From: an uncultured archaeon
GTDB taxonomy: Archaea > Thermoplasmatota > Thermoplasmata > Thermoplasmatales > Thermoplasmataceae
Reading direction: 5' to 3'
Assembly: GCA_000965745.1 (NCBI GenBank)
Contig: CP009479.1
Location: 640,001-704,000 of the forward strand
DNA length: 64,000 nucleotides
The notes below the pieces were generated by a model. It saw only the letters and a list, made by a program, of their open reading frames with translations, was not told where the DNA came from and did not search any database. A program made the position numbers and the translations under genes. Below are positions 28,003 to 38,515 of the stretch, one piece after another. The first letter of the stretch is position 1, and each line of letters begins with the position of its first letter.

Positions 28003-29304
28003 ATGGAGACAGACATTTCCTATACAAAGGCTGAGAAAAGCAAGACTTATGTCGGGGCAACACTGGGTTATCTGTTTGATGGGTACAACCTACTTCTTAC
28101 CACTTTTCTGGTTGTAACTCTAGCAACATATTTCGGTGTGACCCCTAAGGCGATAGTCTTTGCAATAACCCTCGCCCTTGTCGGATCCGTCATCGGAGGA
28201 ATTTTTTTCGGATGGCTGGCAGACAGAATAGGGCGGAGGACTACACTGCTCGTAACGATAGTTCTCTTCGGAATAGCTACAATCATTACCGGAACAAGTC
28301 GGACCCTCGACGAGTTCTATCTGCTCCAGTTCATAGCTGGAATCGGAGTAGGGGGAGAATGGGGCGTCGGCTTCTCGATGCTGAACGAAGCCTGGGGGAC
28401 AAAGTCGAGAGGTCTTGCGGGAGGTTTCCTGCAGGCAATGTTCCCTGCCGGCGGTCTGCTAGGGGCTGTCACAGCAGGAGTCATGCTGGGAGCCTATGGA
28501 GGAGATCTTGGTTGGAGATATTCCTATTATTTCGTGGGTATACTCTCCTTGGTTTTACTGGCCTTCAGGTTCTTCGTCCCGGAATCAAAAGTATGGAAGG
28601 CACAGGTTAAGGCCAAATTGGAAGGAAAGAACGCGAATGAGCTTTTGATGAAATCTCCACTTTCAGAGATATTCTCGAAGGAAACACTTAGATGGACCAT
28701 TTTCGGAACTCTGATGGTGTTCGGTTTCATGTTCTTCTTTTACTCCGGTCAGGTATTCTACCCCACGTTTTTCAAAACTGTTGGCCAGGTTCCGGATGTG
28801 AGCGTGACCCTGATTGTTACAATCGGGTCAGTTCTGGGAATCATTGCAGAAGTTGTCATCGGTGGAAGCAACGACCTCCTTGGAAGGAAAAAATCGGGGA
28901 TCATATTTGGTGTGATCTCGATTATTGTTGTCTTCCCATTCCTGTATACAGCAATGAACCCGACCATTTTCAGCGGAATAGGGTCTTACCCCTCATTCTA
29001 CACATACGGTCTTCTGTACTTCTTCCAGGCAAGCTATGCTGCACTGTTTGGTGTATGGCTAGGTGAGCATTATCCAACGAGGATGCGTGCAACGGGCTCA
29101 AACTTCTGCTATATGGTCGGAAGAGGTTTCGGCGGCGGTCTTGCACCTATCATAGTACCCATACTCGCGGTCAGCGTGGGAGGTCTTGGAGTGAGCATGT
29201 CCATAGGAATGATAATTGGTGCTGTAGTGATGACCATTGGTGCCCTTGGCCTCAAGGAAACAAAGGGCGTGAAGATAACAGAAGTCGACGCGGCCAGCGC
29301 ATAA
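28003..29304 (+). CDS. MFS carboxylate-type transporter
   Basis: GWLADRIGRR, GVGGEWG, EHYPTRMRATG; paralog of 9855..11159. Confidence 0.9.
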   Translation: METDISYTKAEKSKTYVGATLGYLFDGYNLLLTTFLVVTLATYFGVTPKAIVFAITLALVGSVIGGIFFGWLADRIGRRTTLLVTIVLFGIATIITGTSRTLDEFYLLQFIAGIGVGGEWGVGFSMLNEAWGTKSRGLAGGFLQAMFPAGGLLGAVTAGVMLGAYGGDLGWRYSYYFVGILSLVLLAFRFFVPESKVWKAQVKAKLEGKNANELLMKSPLSEIFSKETLRWTIFGTLMVFGFMFFFYSGQVFYPTFFKTVGQVPDVSVTLIVTIGSVLGIIAEVVIGGSNDLLGRKKSGIIFGVISIIVVFPFLYTAMNPTIFSGIGSYPSFYTYGLLYFFQASYAALFGVWLGEHYPTRMRATGSNFCYMVGRGFGGGLAPIIVPILAVSVGGLGVSMSIGMIIGAVVMTIGALGLKETKGVKITEVDAASA

Positions 29305-29416
29305 GAATCATTTACTAACCAACAAATTTTTTTCCCTCTCATTATATTGAAATAAGCTTTTGAGGAATACGCGCTAAAAAACTAATTATCTGTTAGTATT
29401 TTCAGATCGGTTTCTG

Positions 29417-30880
29417 ATGGTGCAATGGGCAGATTTAAGGGAATGGATAGAACTCGCTGACAAACTTGGTGAACTTAAGGTTCTGAAGGGAGTGGACCCA
29501 AAACTGGAATTGTCTGCAATAGCTCAGATCAACGCAAGGAACCAGGGGCCAGCTCTCCTTTTCGACGATGTTAAAGGATATGAAAACACAGGATTCAGGG
29601 TGCTTAGTAACTCAGTATCAAACCTCAATCTTTTCAATCTTACTTTCGGAGGCAAAACCGGCCTCTCTCTAAAAGAGACTATAGAGGGCCTGATGGGGAA
29701 ACCGAATGAGTGGCAGCTCAATAGCAAGGATTATCAGGTCAAGTATGTAGAAAATGGTCCGGTAATGGAGAATGTTGAGGAAGGAGAGGGTGTTGATCTC
29801 ACTAAATTTCCTACCCCAATTTGGCATGACAAGGACGGGGGGCCATTTATTGGCACTGGTGTCGCTGTGATAACCAGGGACCCTGAGACAGGGGTAATAA
29901 ATTCCGGGTCATACAGGGCGCAGTTGCATGAAAAAAACATTGTCGGCATAAACGCAGAAAGAGGAAAACACGGAGCTTTCCACAGGGACAAATACTACAG
30001 CAGGGATGAGCCAATGCCCGTTGTCATGGTTTTCGGCCCGGATCCTCTGATGTACATTCTGGCAGGAAGTGAAATTCCAACAGGGATATCGGAGCTCGAG
30101 TATCAGGGAGCCGTCCAGGGCAAGAGTATTACAGCGGTGAAAGGAAAGTATACTAGGCTACCCATACCATCAAATGCTGAAATTGTGATAGAAGGTTTCA
30201 CTTACCCCGGAAAAACGAAACTGGAAGGGCCGCACGGTGAATGGACTGGATATTACGCCAGTGATGCCAAAGAGAAACCGTACGTCGAGGTAAAGGCTGT
30301 TTATTACAGAAACAACCCTATAATCCTTGGGGCAGCAATGTCAAAGGGAAGCTACAATGATCACGCTTTCTGGAGAAGCATCATGAGGTCTGCGCTGGTG
30401 TATGATGAGATGGTGAAAAACGGAATCCAGGGGATAAAGGGGGTGTACTCGCCTCCTTTTGGAGTTGGCAGGCAATTTATCACCGTATCAATCAAGCAGT
30501 CCTATCCGGGCCACGCTACAGAAGCAGGATATCTCGCCTCACAGACAAGGAGTGCCGCCTATATGGGCAAATGGGTCGTGGTTGTTGACGATGACGTGAA
30601 TCCGTACGATATGGACGATGTCCTATGGGCCATGTGCAGCAGGGCTGACCCATCCGAAACAGGCATAATCAGAAAGGCTTGGGCGAGCGGCGTTGATCCT
30701 CTGAGGCCAAAGGATGTCCCCGCATCCAAACACACAAATTCCAGGGGAATAATATTCGCGGTTGTTCCCTATGAAAGGATGGACAACTTCTCTGAAACCT
30801 GCATTGCATCTGATGACACAAGGAGGGAAACCTTCGAAAAGTGGTCAGAAGAACTGAATGGCAGATGGGACAAATATTGA
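29417..30880 (+). CDS. UbiD-family prFMN-dependent (de)carboxylase 4 (canonical motifs)
   Basis: DGGPFIGT, NSGSYR, EGPHGEWTGYY, VVDDDVNP. Confidence 0.92.
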   Translation: MVQWADLREWIELADKLGELKVLKGVDPKLELSAIAQINARNQGPALLFDDVKGYENTGFRVLSNSVSNLNLFNLTFGGKTGLSLKETIEGLMGKPNEWQLNSKDYQVKYVENGPVMENVEEGEGVDLTKFPTPIWHDKDGGPFIGTGVAVITRDPETGVINSGSYRAQLHEKNIVGINAERGKHGAFHRDKYYSRDEPMPVVMVFGPDPLMYILAGSEIPTGISELEYQGAVQGKSITAVKGKYTRLPIPSNAEIVIEGFTYPGKTKLEGPHGEWTGYYASDAKEKPYVEVKAVYYRNNPIILGAAMSKGSYNDHAFWRSIMRSALVYDEMVKNGIQGIKGVYSPPFGVGRQFITVSIKQSYPGHATEAGYLASQTRSAAYMGKWVVVVDDDVNPYDMDDVLWAMCSRADPSETGIIRKAWASGVDPLRPKDVPASKHTNSRGIIFAVVPYERMDNFSETCIASDDTRRETFEKWSEELNGRWDKY

Positions 30881-30895
30881 TTCCTTCAGGGAAGA

Positions 30896-32293
30896 TTACC
30901 TTCTTCTCTTTCCCCGGAATAGCAACAATCCGCCAGCTGCCCCTGCTATTGCCACAGAAGCTCCGACTGCGAGAATCTCCTCATGAAGAACTGATACGCT
31001 GTGGTAATCAACTTTTATCGAAGTATTTCCCCTGACTTCCATGCTGCCGGTCAATGATCCATAATATCCGGGTTCAGGCGAAGCGGAGTAATTTATTTCT
31101 GCATTACCTAGGTCGAAGCTGATCGTCCCTGTATTCGAGTATCTGGTCACTCCATTTACTGTAACGTGCCATAATGTCCCTATCGGAAGCCCGTTTTCTG
31201 TGAAGGCAATATCATTGCCCTCAACAGGGTAAATGAATGACAGGCTGTTTGAACCATGGTTTCCAACCGCCAGGACTCCGTTCGAACTGTCGTAAGACAG
31301 TGCATATGGCTGGGAACCGACCTGGAGGTTCTGAACAACTTTGTTTGAGGAGGCGTCAATTACTGAAACATTGGAAGAATCAGTATTTGCAACAAATATA
31401 TTTCCTGTTCCATTAGCAACTTCTATCCCTGAGGGGGAGTAGCCGACATTGATTTTCCCGGTAAATGCCTGGGTGGTCCCATCAATCACATCAACTTGGT
31501 TCAACCCCTGGTTGGTCACGTAAACATTGTTTCCATGCGGGCTTACAGCAATATCATATGGTGATCCGCCTATGGTTATGTTTTTCACAAATTGACCGGT
31601 TCCCGGGCTGAATACCGATACAATGCCCCCCAGGGGGTATGAAATGTAGATGTATCCGTTGTGCGTGTCGAATGCGATTCCGAAGGGTCCAAACCTGAGC
31701 GGAAGCCTGTAGGAAACATTGAATGTTGTGAGGTTAACGGCCACAAGGCTCTTAGGCCCCTGCACTGTTACGAACATTGTGTCGTTAAGAGGGCAGTAAG
31801 CCATATATTGGGGATAAGAACCTACAGACACATTTCGGGTAACACCAGTAGTCAAATTCCATTCTGTAAGGTTATTGCTTCCGGGGAGAAGGTAAAGGTT
31901 CCTGTTGTTTGGGCCAAAACTGAGTGAAGAGGTAAAACTTCCGGGGGAAGAATGCACGCCAGTAACAAATGAACTCTCGTTCACGGAGTAGATGCTGTTA
32001 ATTCCGGATGCGACCAAGACCGTTTCCGGAATACTGCCAGAAAGAAGAGCTTCAGGACCCGGAACCGTGGAGTAGTAGTTTACATTGCCGTTGATGACCT
32101 TTGAGCTGTTCAGGTATTCTGTATATTTGACGTAGTACTTCCCGCCTGCTGCAGTGGAGGCCATATAGTCTGAAGCGTTGACACTACTGGTGTCATTCCT
32201 GCCGTTTCCGGTGTGCATAATGAGCGGTAGAATCATGCCCGATGCCATTATCAGCACGATTATCAGAGGAGCCAGCCTCATCAGATCTGGCAT
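30896..32293 (-). CDS. Cell-surface YVTN/YncE beta-propeller protein with a thermopsin-type repeat and C-terminal anchor
   Basis: Signal peptide; repeated VGxxP...YVTN/FVAN units; FTENGLPIGTLWHVTVNG; C-terminal TM followed by GKRRR. Confidence 0.85.
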   Translation of the reverse strand: MPDLMRLAPLIIVLIMASGMILPLIMHTGNGRNDTSSVNASDYMASTAAGGKYYVKYTEYLNSSKVINGNVNYYSTVPGPEALLSGSIPETVLVASGINSIYSVNESSFVTGVHSSPGSFTSSLSFGPNNRNLYLLPGSNNLTEWNLTTGVTRNVSVGSYPQYMAYCPLNDTMFVTVQGPKSLVAVNLTTFNVSYRLPLRFGPFGIAFDTHNGYIYISYPLGGIVSVFSPGTGQFVKNITIGGSPYDIAVSPHGNNVYVTNQGLNQVDVIDGTTQAFTGKINVGYSPSGIEVANGTGNIFVANTDSSNVSVIDASSNKVVQNLQVGSQPYALSYDSSNGVLAVGNHGSNSLSFIYPVEGNDIAFTENGLPIGTLWHVTVNGVTRYSNTGTISFDLGNAEINYSASPEPGYYGSLTGSMEVRGNTSIKVDYHSVSVLHEEILAVGASVAIAGAAGGLLLFRGKRRR

Positions 32294-32375
32294 TGCTTCA
32301 ATATATTTTAACCCGAAGAGAATGTATGGATTTTTTATTCATAATAGTTGATAAACCCTGAAGTACTGGAAATCT

Positions 32376-32897
32376 ATGATTCCAGATTATGAAAAAGTAC
32401 TGTCTATATTCCCGACCTTCTTTTTCATAGTCATGTTTCTGATAATGAGTGCCCTGTATTACAACAGGTACCACACTGAAGAATCCGACGAGAAAGCTAC
32501 CAGGCATTTCAGGGACTACATCGCAATTATGAACAGCCAGTCGGTTCTGATTTCATCGATTAATGGCATGATCCTGATAATCCTTTACAACCAGCTCATG
32601 GTTGGTGTAACTCTTCTCCTGATCACCCAGGCACTTGCCACATACGTTTTCGTCTCGCTGTATATGAAGTCTCACTACGATTCCCTGTTTTTCCTCATCT
32701 TTTCGGTTCTTGCATACGTGTTTGAGTTTCTATACTTTCTGTTCGCAGGCATTCAGACAGAAATATTCGGCAGATCAATGGGTGGCCTTGAAGTCGCCCT
32801 TATAGTGTTCGTAATAATCATCGCAGTCCTGTCCCTGATCCTGGCATCACTTGCTGCGTATGTTAACAGAACTTCATCGGACGACGGTATATACTGA
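32376..32897 (+). CDS. Hypothetical membrane protein
   Basis: 173 aa with about five hydrophobic segments. Confidence 0.7.
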   Translation: MIPDYEKVLSIFPTFFFIVMFLIMSALYYNRYHTEESDEKATRHFRDYIAIMNSQSVLISSINGMILIILYNQLMVGVTLLLITQALATYVFVSLYMKSHYDSLFFLIFSVLAYVFEFLYFLFAGIQTEIFGRSMGGLEVALIVFVIIIAVLSLILASLAAYVNRTSSDDGIY

Positions 32898-32917
32898 AAA
32901 AATGGTGGGGTTGGATT

Positions 32918-34216
32918 TTACTCCCCAGGGTTGAAGAGTTCTATGTAGGAATACGGCTTGTGTTTCCCGAAACAGTATTTTGTCTCCGTGAACCTTGACT
33001 TGAGATCAAGGACCCTGCTCTTCACCTGATCCACCTCCCTGTTGTCAACTATGGCCATAGAGATTATATCAGCAATCTCCTTCATTTCGGAGGGCCCCAT
33101 ACCGATTCTTGTCACTTCCTGGGTGCCTATCCTTATTCCACTCGGGTCCTGTGACTTCTTGTTGTCGTCCCATGGGAGCAGGTTCTTGTTAAGCACAACG
33201 CCGCAGGACTCAAGATACTCCGAGACGTGCCTTCCGCCACCCTGTGCCCTTATATCTGCCACGATGGTATGTGATTTTGTAAAGCCGTGCTTTTCTCCAA
33301 GAACCTTTATCCCGAGTGATGAAAGGGACTCGCCAAGGGCCTGTGCATTTCTTATTGTCTTATCTGCATACTCCGCGCCATACTCTATCTCTTCGGCGAT
33401 TGTCACGCCGAGGGCAGCCATGGAGTTCAGGTGATGGTTGCTCAGCACTCCAGGGAACACTCCTCTCTGAACTTTCTTCCAGGTGTCGTCATCCGTGTTT
33501 CCAAGTATTATGCCATGCTGGGGCCCCGGGAAAGTTTTGTGGGTGCTGCCCGAAATTACATCTGCTCCTTCTCTCAATGGGTCCTGGAACTTTCCTCCGG
33601 CAATCAGGCCAAGGACATGGGCAGCATCATACCATACTTTTGTTCCAACTTCCTTGAAGGCCTCATTCAATTCTTTCAGAGGCTCAGGGAAGAGAAAGAC
33701 TGATTTTCCGAAAAGGCACAGTTTTGGCTTCTCCTTCTTGATCAGTTTTATCGAACCGTCAATGTCAATGTTCATATCATCAACATCAAAGGGGTAGTTG
33801 AACAGGTTCAGCCCCCTCAGGCCAACTGCACCGAATTTTGCAGCACTGATGTGGCCTCCGCCTGAAAGTGGCGGGGCAGTGATTGTGTCCCCGGGTTTGG
33901 ACAGTCCGAAAAGGATTGCTGTATTGGCATTTGTGCCAGATACCGGCCTCGGGTCTGCCTGCTTGGCGTTGAAAAGCCTCTTGGCAAGGTCGATTGTCAG
34001 GTCTTCAACCTGGTCAACATAATAATTGCCCTGGTAGTACCTGTGGTGCGGGAGTCCCTCTGCATACCTGGAGCCAAAATCCGTGACCAGCATCTCCATG
34101 GCAAGAGGGCTCATTATATTCTCAGAAGCTATGAGTGGGATGCTTTCCTCAAAAAATTTGTTGTGTTTTACCGCAAGATCTCTAATCTTAAGTGCCTCGT
34201 CATAAGGATTGCTCAT
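32918..34216 (-). CDS. glyA: Serine hydroxymethyltransferase
   Basis: LIASEN, YAEGLP..RYYQG, GGHISA, STHKTFPGPQ, SGIRIGT. Confidence 0.97.
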   Translation of the reverse strand: MSNPYDEALKIRDLAVKHNKFFEESIPLIASENIMSPLAMEMLVTDFGSRYAEGLPHHRYYQGNYYVDQVEDLTIDLAKRLFNAKQADPRPVSGTNANTAILFGLSKPGDTITAPPLSGGGHISAAKFGAVGLRGLNLFNYPFDVDDMNIDIDGSIKLIKKEKPKLCLFGKSVFLFPEPLKELNEAFKEVGTKVWYDAAHVLGLIAGGKFQDPLREGADVISGSTHKTFPGPQHGIILGNTDDDTWKKVQRGVFPGVLSNHHLNSMAALGVTIAEEIEYGAEYADKTIRNAQALGESLSSLGIKVLGEKHGFTKSHTIVADIRAQGGGRHVSEYLESCGVVLNKNLLPWDDNKKSQDPSGIRIGTQEVTRIGMGPSEMKEIADIISMAIVDNREVDQVKSRVLDLKSRFTETKYCFGKHKPYSYIELFNPGE

Positions 34217-34975
34217 GGATAGTCATCTTGTGAGCATATTTTTACGTTCCGCAATCGTTATAGTTCGAAATGTGAAATGTTTGGTCAAAAACCCTAAGTC
34301 TAAGTAATCTTTGGTATAACGTTCTATTTTTTATGTTGCGCCACAAGGCAGGATCATTGTCACTTTCCCAGTAGTAATCAAATCTGCACTTACATCTCCG
34401 AAATCTTCCACAAGTCCCTGGAAAAAGGAATCAAAGTGAGGTCATAATCCTAAGATATTACAGGTGTTTATCGCTTACATACTGTTTTTATACAATAAAA
34501 GTCAAAGAAATATCTCTTGCCGCCATCATTTATTTCCAGGTCAATTGTCGCGTTCCATTCATTTAAAGTTGAATTTGTGGTATCACAATCAAATTCACCT
34601 CCAATCGGCGGGTAGATATATGTCTAGTTGTTGATTTCTATATGGACAGGAAACTGAAAACACTCATTGCCATAACCGGTGCAGCACTGTTAACTGCACC
34701 ATTGAATTATCTCAATGTTACCAGGATGTTTCGATGACATTCTGGATGCACAATTTTCTTTTTGAAATCAGGGTCATAGCAATGGAATCCCACGGAAAGT
34801 AATTTCTGCCTTTCTGAGGGCATTTGGATTATTGCTCCATGAACAAGGTTCCTTGATCTGTATTCATGGCTCAGCCTTTTCTCTTACACGAAACCGGTTA
34901 ATTTGGGTCAGTTTTTGTTCTATGCAAAATAAAGCTGTAAGCGGAAAATGGAGAAATGTTGGAAAAATTTCCTCC

Positions 34976-35932
34976 TTATTTTCCTATTATATCCACCAGG
35001 TCAGTCAAAGCAGCCTGTGCTGTCTCAACTCTCCCTGCTCCAGGTCCGGCTACAGTCACCTCTCCCAGTGTATCGGTGTCAAACTGGATTGCATTTGTAA
35101 CTCCTGTCACATGGTAGAGAAGGTCTGTTTCGTCGAGTTTCACTGGCCTTACGTATGCATCATTCTTGTCGGCGTATCCTATCAGCTTGTAACCCTTCCT
35201 GTCCCTCGAATCCTTCAGGGACCTTATTCCCTCGATCCTGACATCAGAGAAGGTTCGTTTCCATCCGAACAGGCTGCTGAGTATCGCAACCTTCGCTCCT
35301 GCATCATACCCGTCAACATCGTTAGTTGGGTCTGCTTCAGCATAGCCTTTGCTCTGCGCTTCCTGCAGAGCCTTGTCGAAGTTCTCTCCAGCATCGAGCC
35401 TTGAGAGTATGAAATTGGTCGTCCCGTTGAAAATTCCCCTTACAGACTTTACCTCACTTCCAGGAAGGAGATCCATAACATTGAATGAAGGGGTTCCGGC
35501 CATCACAGTGCCCTTGATCCTGAGATTCCTTCCATTCTTGTCGGCCAGTTCCTTCAGCTCATTGTAGAATAGTGCTATTGGTCCCTTATTGGTTGTTATC
35601 ACGTCTTTTCCTGTTGTCAGAGCTTTTCTTATATGGGACACTCCAGGCTCTCCATCCTTGAAATTTACCCAGGTAAACTCGCAAACGATATCTGCATCTG
35701 ATTTCTGTATGATATCAAGAACATCAATTTTGGAACCATCTTCAACCGGTTTGAGGTTTGAAATAAGATCATCCTGGGGATTGACAATATGCCCGTATTT
35801 CAGATCTACAATCTCACTGATGCTTACATTATCAAGAGCAAGTGACTTTTTCTTGCTGTTGAACAGCTCAAAGAAACCCTGGCCAACTGTCCCGAATCCG
35901 AGAATTGCCACCTTAACATTATCTGAAGACAT
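34976..35932 (-). CDS. hom: Homoserine dehydrogenase
   Basis: GFGTVG, TTNKGP, FNGTTNFIL, GYAEADPTNDVDG, GPGAG..ETA. Confidence 0.95.
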   Translation of the reverse strand: MSSDNVKVAILGFGTVGQGFFELFNSKKKSLALDNVSISEIVDLKYGHIVNPQDDLISNLKPVEDGSKIDVLDIIQKSDADIVCEFTWVNFKDGEPGVSHIRKALTTGKDVITTNKGPIALFYNELKELADKNGRNLRIKGTVMAGTPSFNVMDLLPGSEVKSVRGIFNGTTNFILSRLDAGENFDKALQEAQSKGYAEADPTNDVDGYDAGAKVAILSSLFGWKRTFSDVRIEGIRSLKDSRDRKGYKLIGYADKNDAYVRPVKLDETDLLYHVTGVTNAIQFDTDTLGEVTVAGPGAGRVETAQAALTDLVDIIGK

Positions 35933-36181
35933 GAGCAATTTATTCTATTCAATTTATTAAATTTAGCTCTGCCTTGACCGTAATAATTTGAATATGGCAA
36001 AGGTCCTTTTGAATTCTTTTGGCAAATTGGGTTATTTTCCGACAAATTTTCAAGACAGGGAGGCAAATAGATTCAACTTGACTTATGAAAGATTAAAAGC
36101 CCGACAAAGGGCTGGATAGGTCCGTGAAGAAGAACAGTGAGTCACGACAAAGACTAAATATGGTGCGGGCGTTGCGATAGC

Positions 36182-36547
36182 ATGGCAAACGCAACCAAGA
36201 CGAGCTGGGATGGTGTCGAGTCGGAACAGCTTTCAGAAACAATTTCCAGGAAATTTATACACGGAGAGAAAGTGATGGTGGCTGAGATAAGGCTGAAGAA
36301 GGGTACCGTTGTTCCTGAGCATCACCACGAAAGTGAGCAGGTCACATGGATAATGAAGGGAGAACTTATCTTTGAAATAGATGGAAAGGAGATAAGCGTA
36401 AAAGCTGGAGAAGTTCTGGTTATACCCTCAAACAAGCCTCACAAGGCAACGGCCGTCGAGGACACAATAGATATGGATCTGTTCAGTCCCATAAGGCAGG
36501 ACTGGATCACAGGAAATGACCAGTATCTAAGAGGAAAGCAGGCTTAA
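36182..36547 (+). CDS. Cupin domain protein
   Basis: PEHHHESEQ..G and IPSNKPH; DLFSPIRQD. Confidence 0.88.
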   Translation: MANATKTSWDGVESEQLSETISRKFIHGEKVMVAEIRLKKGTVVPEHHHESEQVTWIMKGELIFEIDGKEISVKAGEVLVIPSNKPHKATAVEDTIDMDLFSPIRQDWITGNDQYLRGKQA

Positions 36548-37047
36548 ACCTGCTTTACATCTGTTTTTATAGCATGGGAAATTGAATAAAGGGCGGGACA
36601 TCTTCTGGACGCCTTAAGAATTTCCTCAATATCCTTGTCAGACTCAACTTCCAGTTTCAGTTCCTTTATCAGTGGCTCATCACTGTCAGTAAGCATTGGC
36701 CCTATGTCATAGTAAAGGTGCCCCTTTATCTTCAATTTTCCAAGTTTTACGCCCCTTCTGCCAGCCTGTATCACCACTGTTGATGCGAAGCAGGACATTA
36801 CACCAAACATGAGGTAATTCAGCGGTGTTGCATGAACTCCCCTTCCACCGAGCAGTCCGGGTTCATCCGCCCCCATGGTGAATTTAGCCTTTTCCGACAT
36901 CAGTTCTGCAGTAAACATTGGGCTCCCTTCAAAATGAAACTCGCCCTCTATGTGCTTCTCTACGTCAAAATGCCCATTGTTTTCCTCAGCTTTCCTGGCT
37001 GTGCTGTCTACTATGGTTAAATCTACATTATTCACAAGTTCTGCCAT
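36544..37047 (-). CDS. OsmC family protein
   Basis: ADEPGLLGG..TP, SCF...RCP cysteine pair. Confidence 0.82.
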   Translation of the reverse strand: MAELVNNVDLTIVDSTARKAEENNGHFDVEKHIEGEFHFEGSPMFTAELMSEKAKFTMGADEPGLLGGRGVHATPLNYLMFGVMSCFASTVVIQAGRRGVKLGKLKIKGHLYYDIGPMLTDSDEPLIKELKLEVESDKDIEEILKASRRCPALYSISHAIKTDVKQV

Positions 37048-37177
37048 ATAAAATCACATGCAATCTAAATCTCCAGCCTATTTAAAAGTTGTTTAGAAAT
37101 AATGAATGTGAAATACACGTTTCACCGATTTTTTTAAAAAAATGACAGAATGATCGTGGAAAAATTGGGGAAAGAGG

Positions 37178-38386
37178 TTAGCTCTTCCTCTTCTTGTTGA
37201 GGAATTCTGCAAGCCTCTTCATTCCCTCATCAACGGCATCATCAGATGTTGCGAATGAGATCCTAATGTAATTCTTCCCGGATTCTCCGAACAGGTATCC
37301 CGGCATAACCCCAACTTTGTAGTCTCTAAGCAGTCCTGATGAGACTTCTTTGCCGGTCATTCCCGATCCTGAAACGTCTATCCACCCATAGAATGTTCCC
37401 TGGGGAGCTACTATGGACATTACCGACTGGTTGTCGTTTATGTATTTCAGAACCATGTCGCGCCTCTTTGACCAGGTGGACACCATTGTATTGACGTAAT
37501 CTCTCGATTTCTGGCTCTCCAGTGCTTCAATGGCGGCTTTTTGAGCTACACTTCCAGCACAGACTAGTGTGTATCCGAGCAATGACGTCATCTTCTGAGT
37601 GAGTTCAGGTGATGATGCGGCAAAACCAACTCTCCAGCCCATCATGGCGTATCCCTTCGAAAGGCCGTTCACGGTGACAGTCCTTTCTCGCATTCCCGGC
37701 AGGGAAGCTATGCTGGTGTGCTTGCTGTTACCGTAGAGGATCTTCTCGTAAATTTCATCAGAAACCACTATTATGTTGTTTCTTTCTGCAACTCCTGCTA
37801 TGCCCTCGAGCTCGTCACGCGTGAGAACATGCCCAGTGGGGTTCTGCGGTGTATTAAGTATGAGCATCTTGGTTTTCCCGGTCACTTTCTTCTCAAGATC
37901 CTCTGCGTCGAGCCTGAACCCCTCGTCTTTTCTCTGCGGGACTCTTACTGGAACATTTCCTGCCAACCCCGACAGTATGTGGTAGTGGAACCATGCCGGG
38001 TCCGGGATGAGTATTTCATCTCCCCTGTCCGCGAGGGCAAACAGAAGCAGGAATATTGAAGACGAACTTCCAGGCGAAACTATGATCTCGCTCGGGTCAT
38101 AGTCCAGCTTATTGTCTTCCCTCAGTTTCCTTGAAATCGCTTCCCTTAGGGGAAGTATGCCTGTTGAACTTGTGTAGTGTGTAAAATCCTCGTCCATTGC
38201 TCTCTTGGCCGCCATGTTTACAAAATCGGCAGTCGGAAAATCAGGCTCTCCTGCTGTGAGGCTGATCACATCAGGGGGGAGCCCCAAGGCGAGTTTAAAA
38301 ACCTCATCGTCTATCTGCTGCGCTCTCTGGGATACCTGAAAATTACTTTCCCCGGCTCCTTTCGGTTTTTCGGATACTTTGTCCAT
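37178..38386 (-). CDS. PLP-dependent class I/II aminotransferase (aspartate aminotransferase-like)
   Basis: GEPDF, NTPQNPTG, SDEIY, SKGYAMMGWRVG. Confidence 0.93.
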   Translation of the reverse strand: MDKVSEKPKGAGESNFQVSQRAQQIDDEVFKLALGLPPDVISLTAGEPDFPTADFVNMAAKRAMDEDFTHYTSSTGILPLREAISRKLREDNKLDYDPSEIIVSPGSSSSIFLLLFALADRGDEILIPDPAWFHYHILSGLAGNVPVRVPQRKDEGFRLDAEDLEKKVTGKTKMLILNTPQNPTGHVLTRDELEGIAGVAERNNIIVVSDEIYEKILYGNSKHTSIASLPGMRERTVTVNGLSKGYAMMGWRVGFAASSPELTQKMTSLLGYTLVCAGSVAQKAAIEALESQKSRDYVNTMVSTWSKRRDMVLKYINDNQSVMSIVAPQGTFYGWIDVSGSGMTGKEVSSGLLRDYKVGVMPGYLFGESGKNYIRISFATSDDAVDEGMKRLAEFLNKKRKS

Positions 38387-38515
38387 TTCAATCCTCCTCT
38401 GTTATCGATCTTAACTGAAAAATAGGTAAATACTTGTCCATGGAAAATCCGGAAAAATGGATTTTCACGAACAAAAAAATGTTTAGGTGTTTAAATTAAA
38501 AACCTAAAATTAAGA

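Noticed and set aside
12410-30880. ubiD gene symbol / quinone biosynthesis role
   Set aside because: Four divergent paralogs in a catabolic context with no prenyltransferase or methyltransferase; family membership only.
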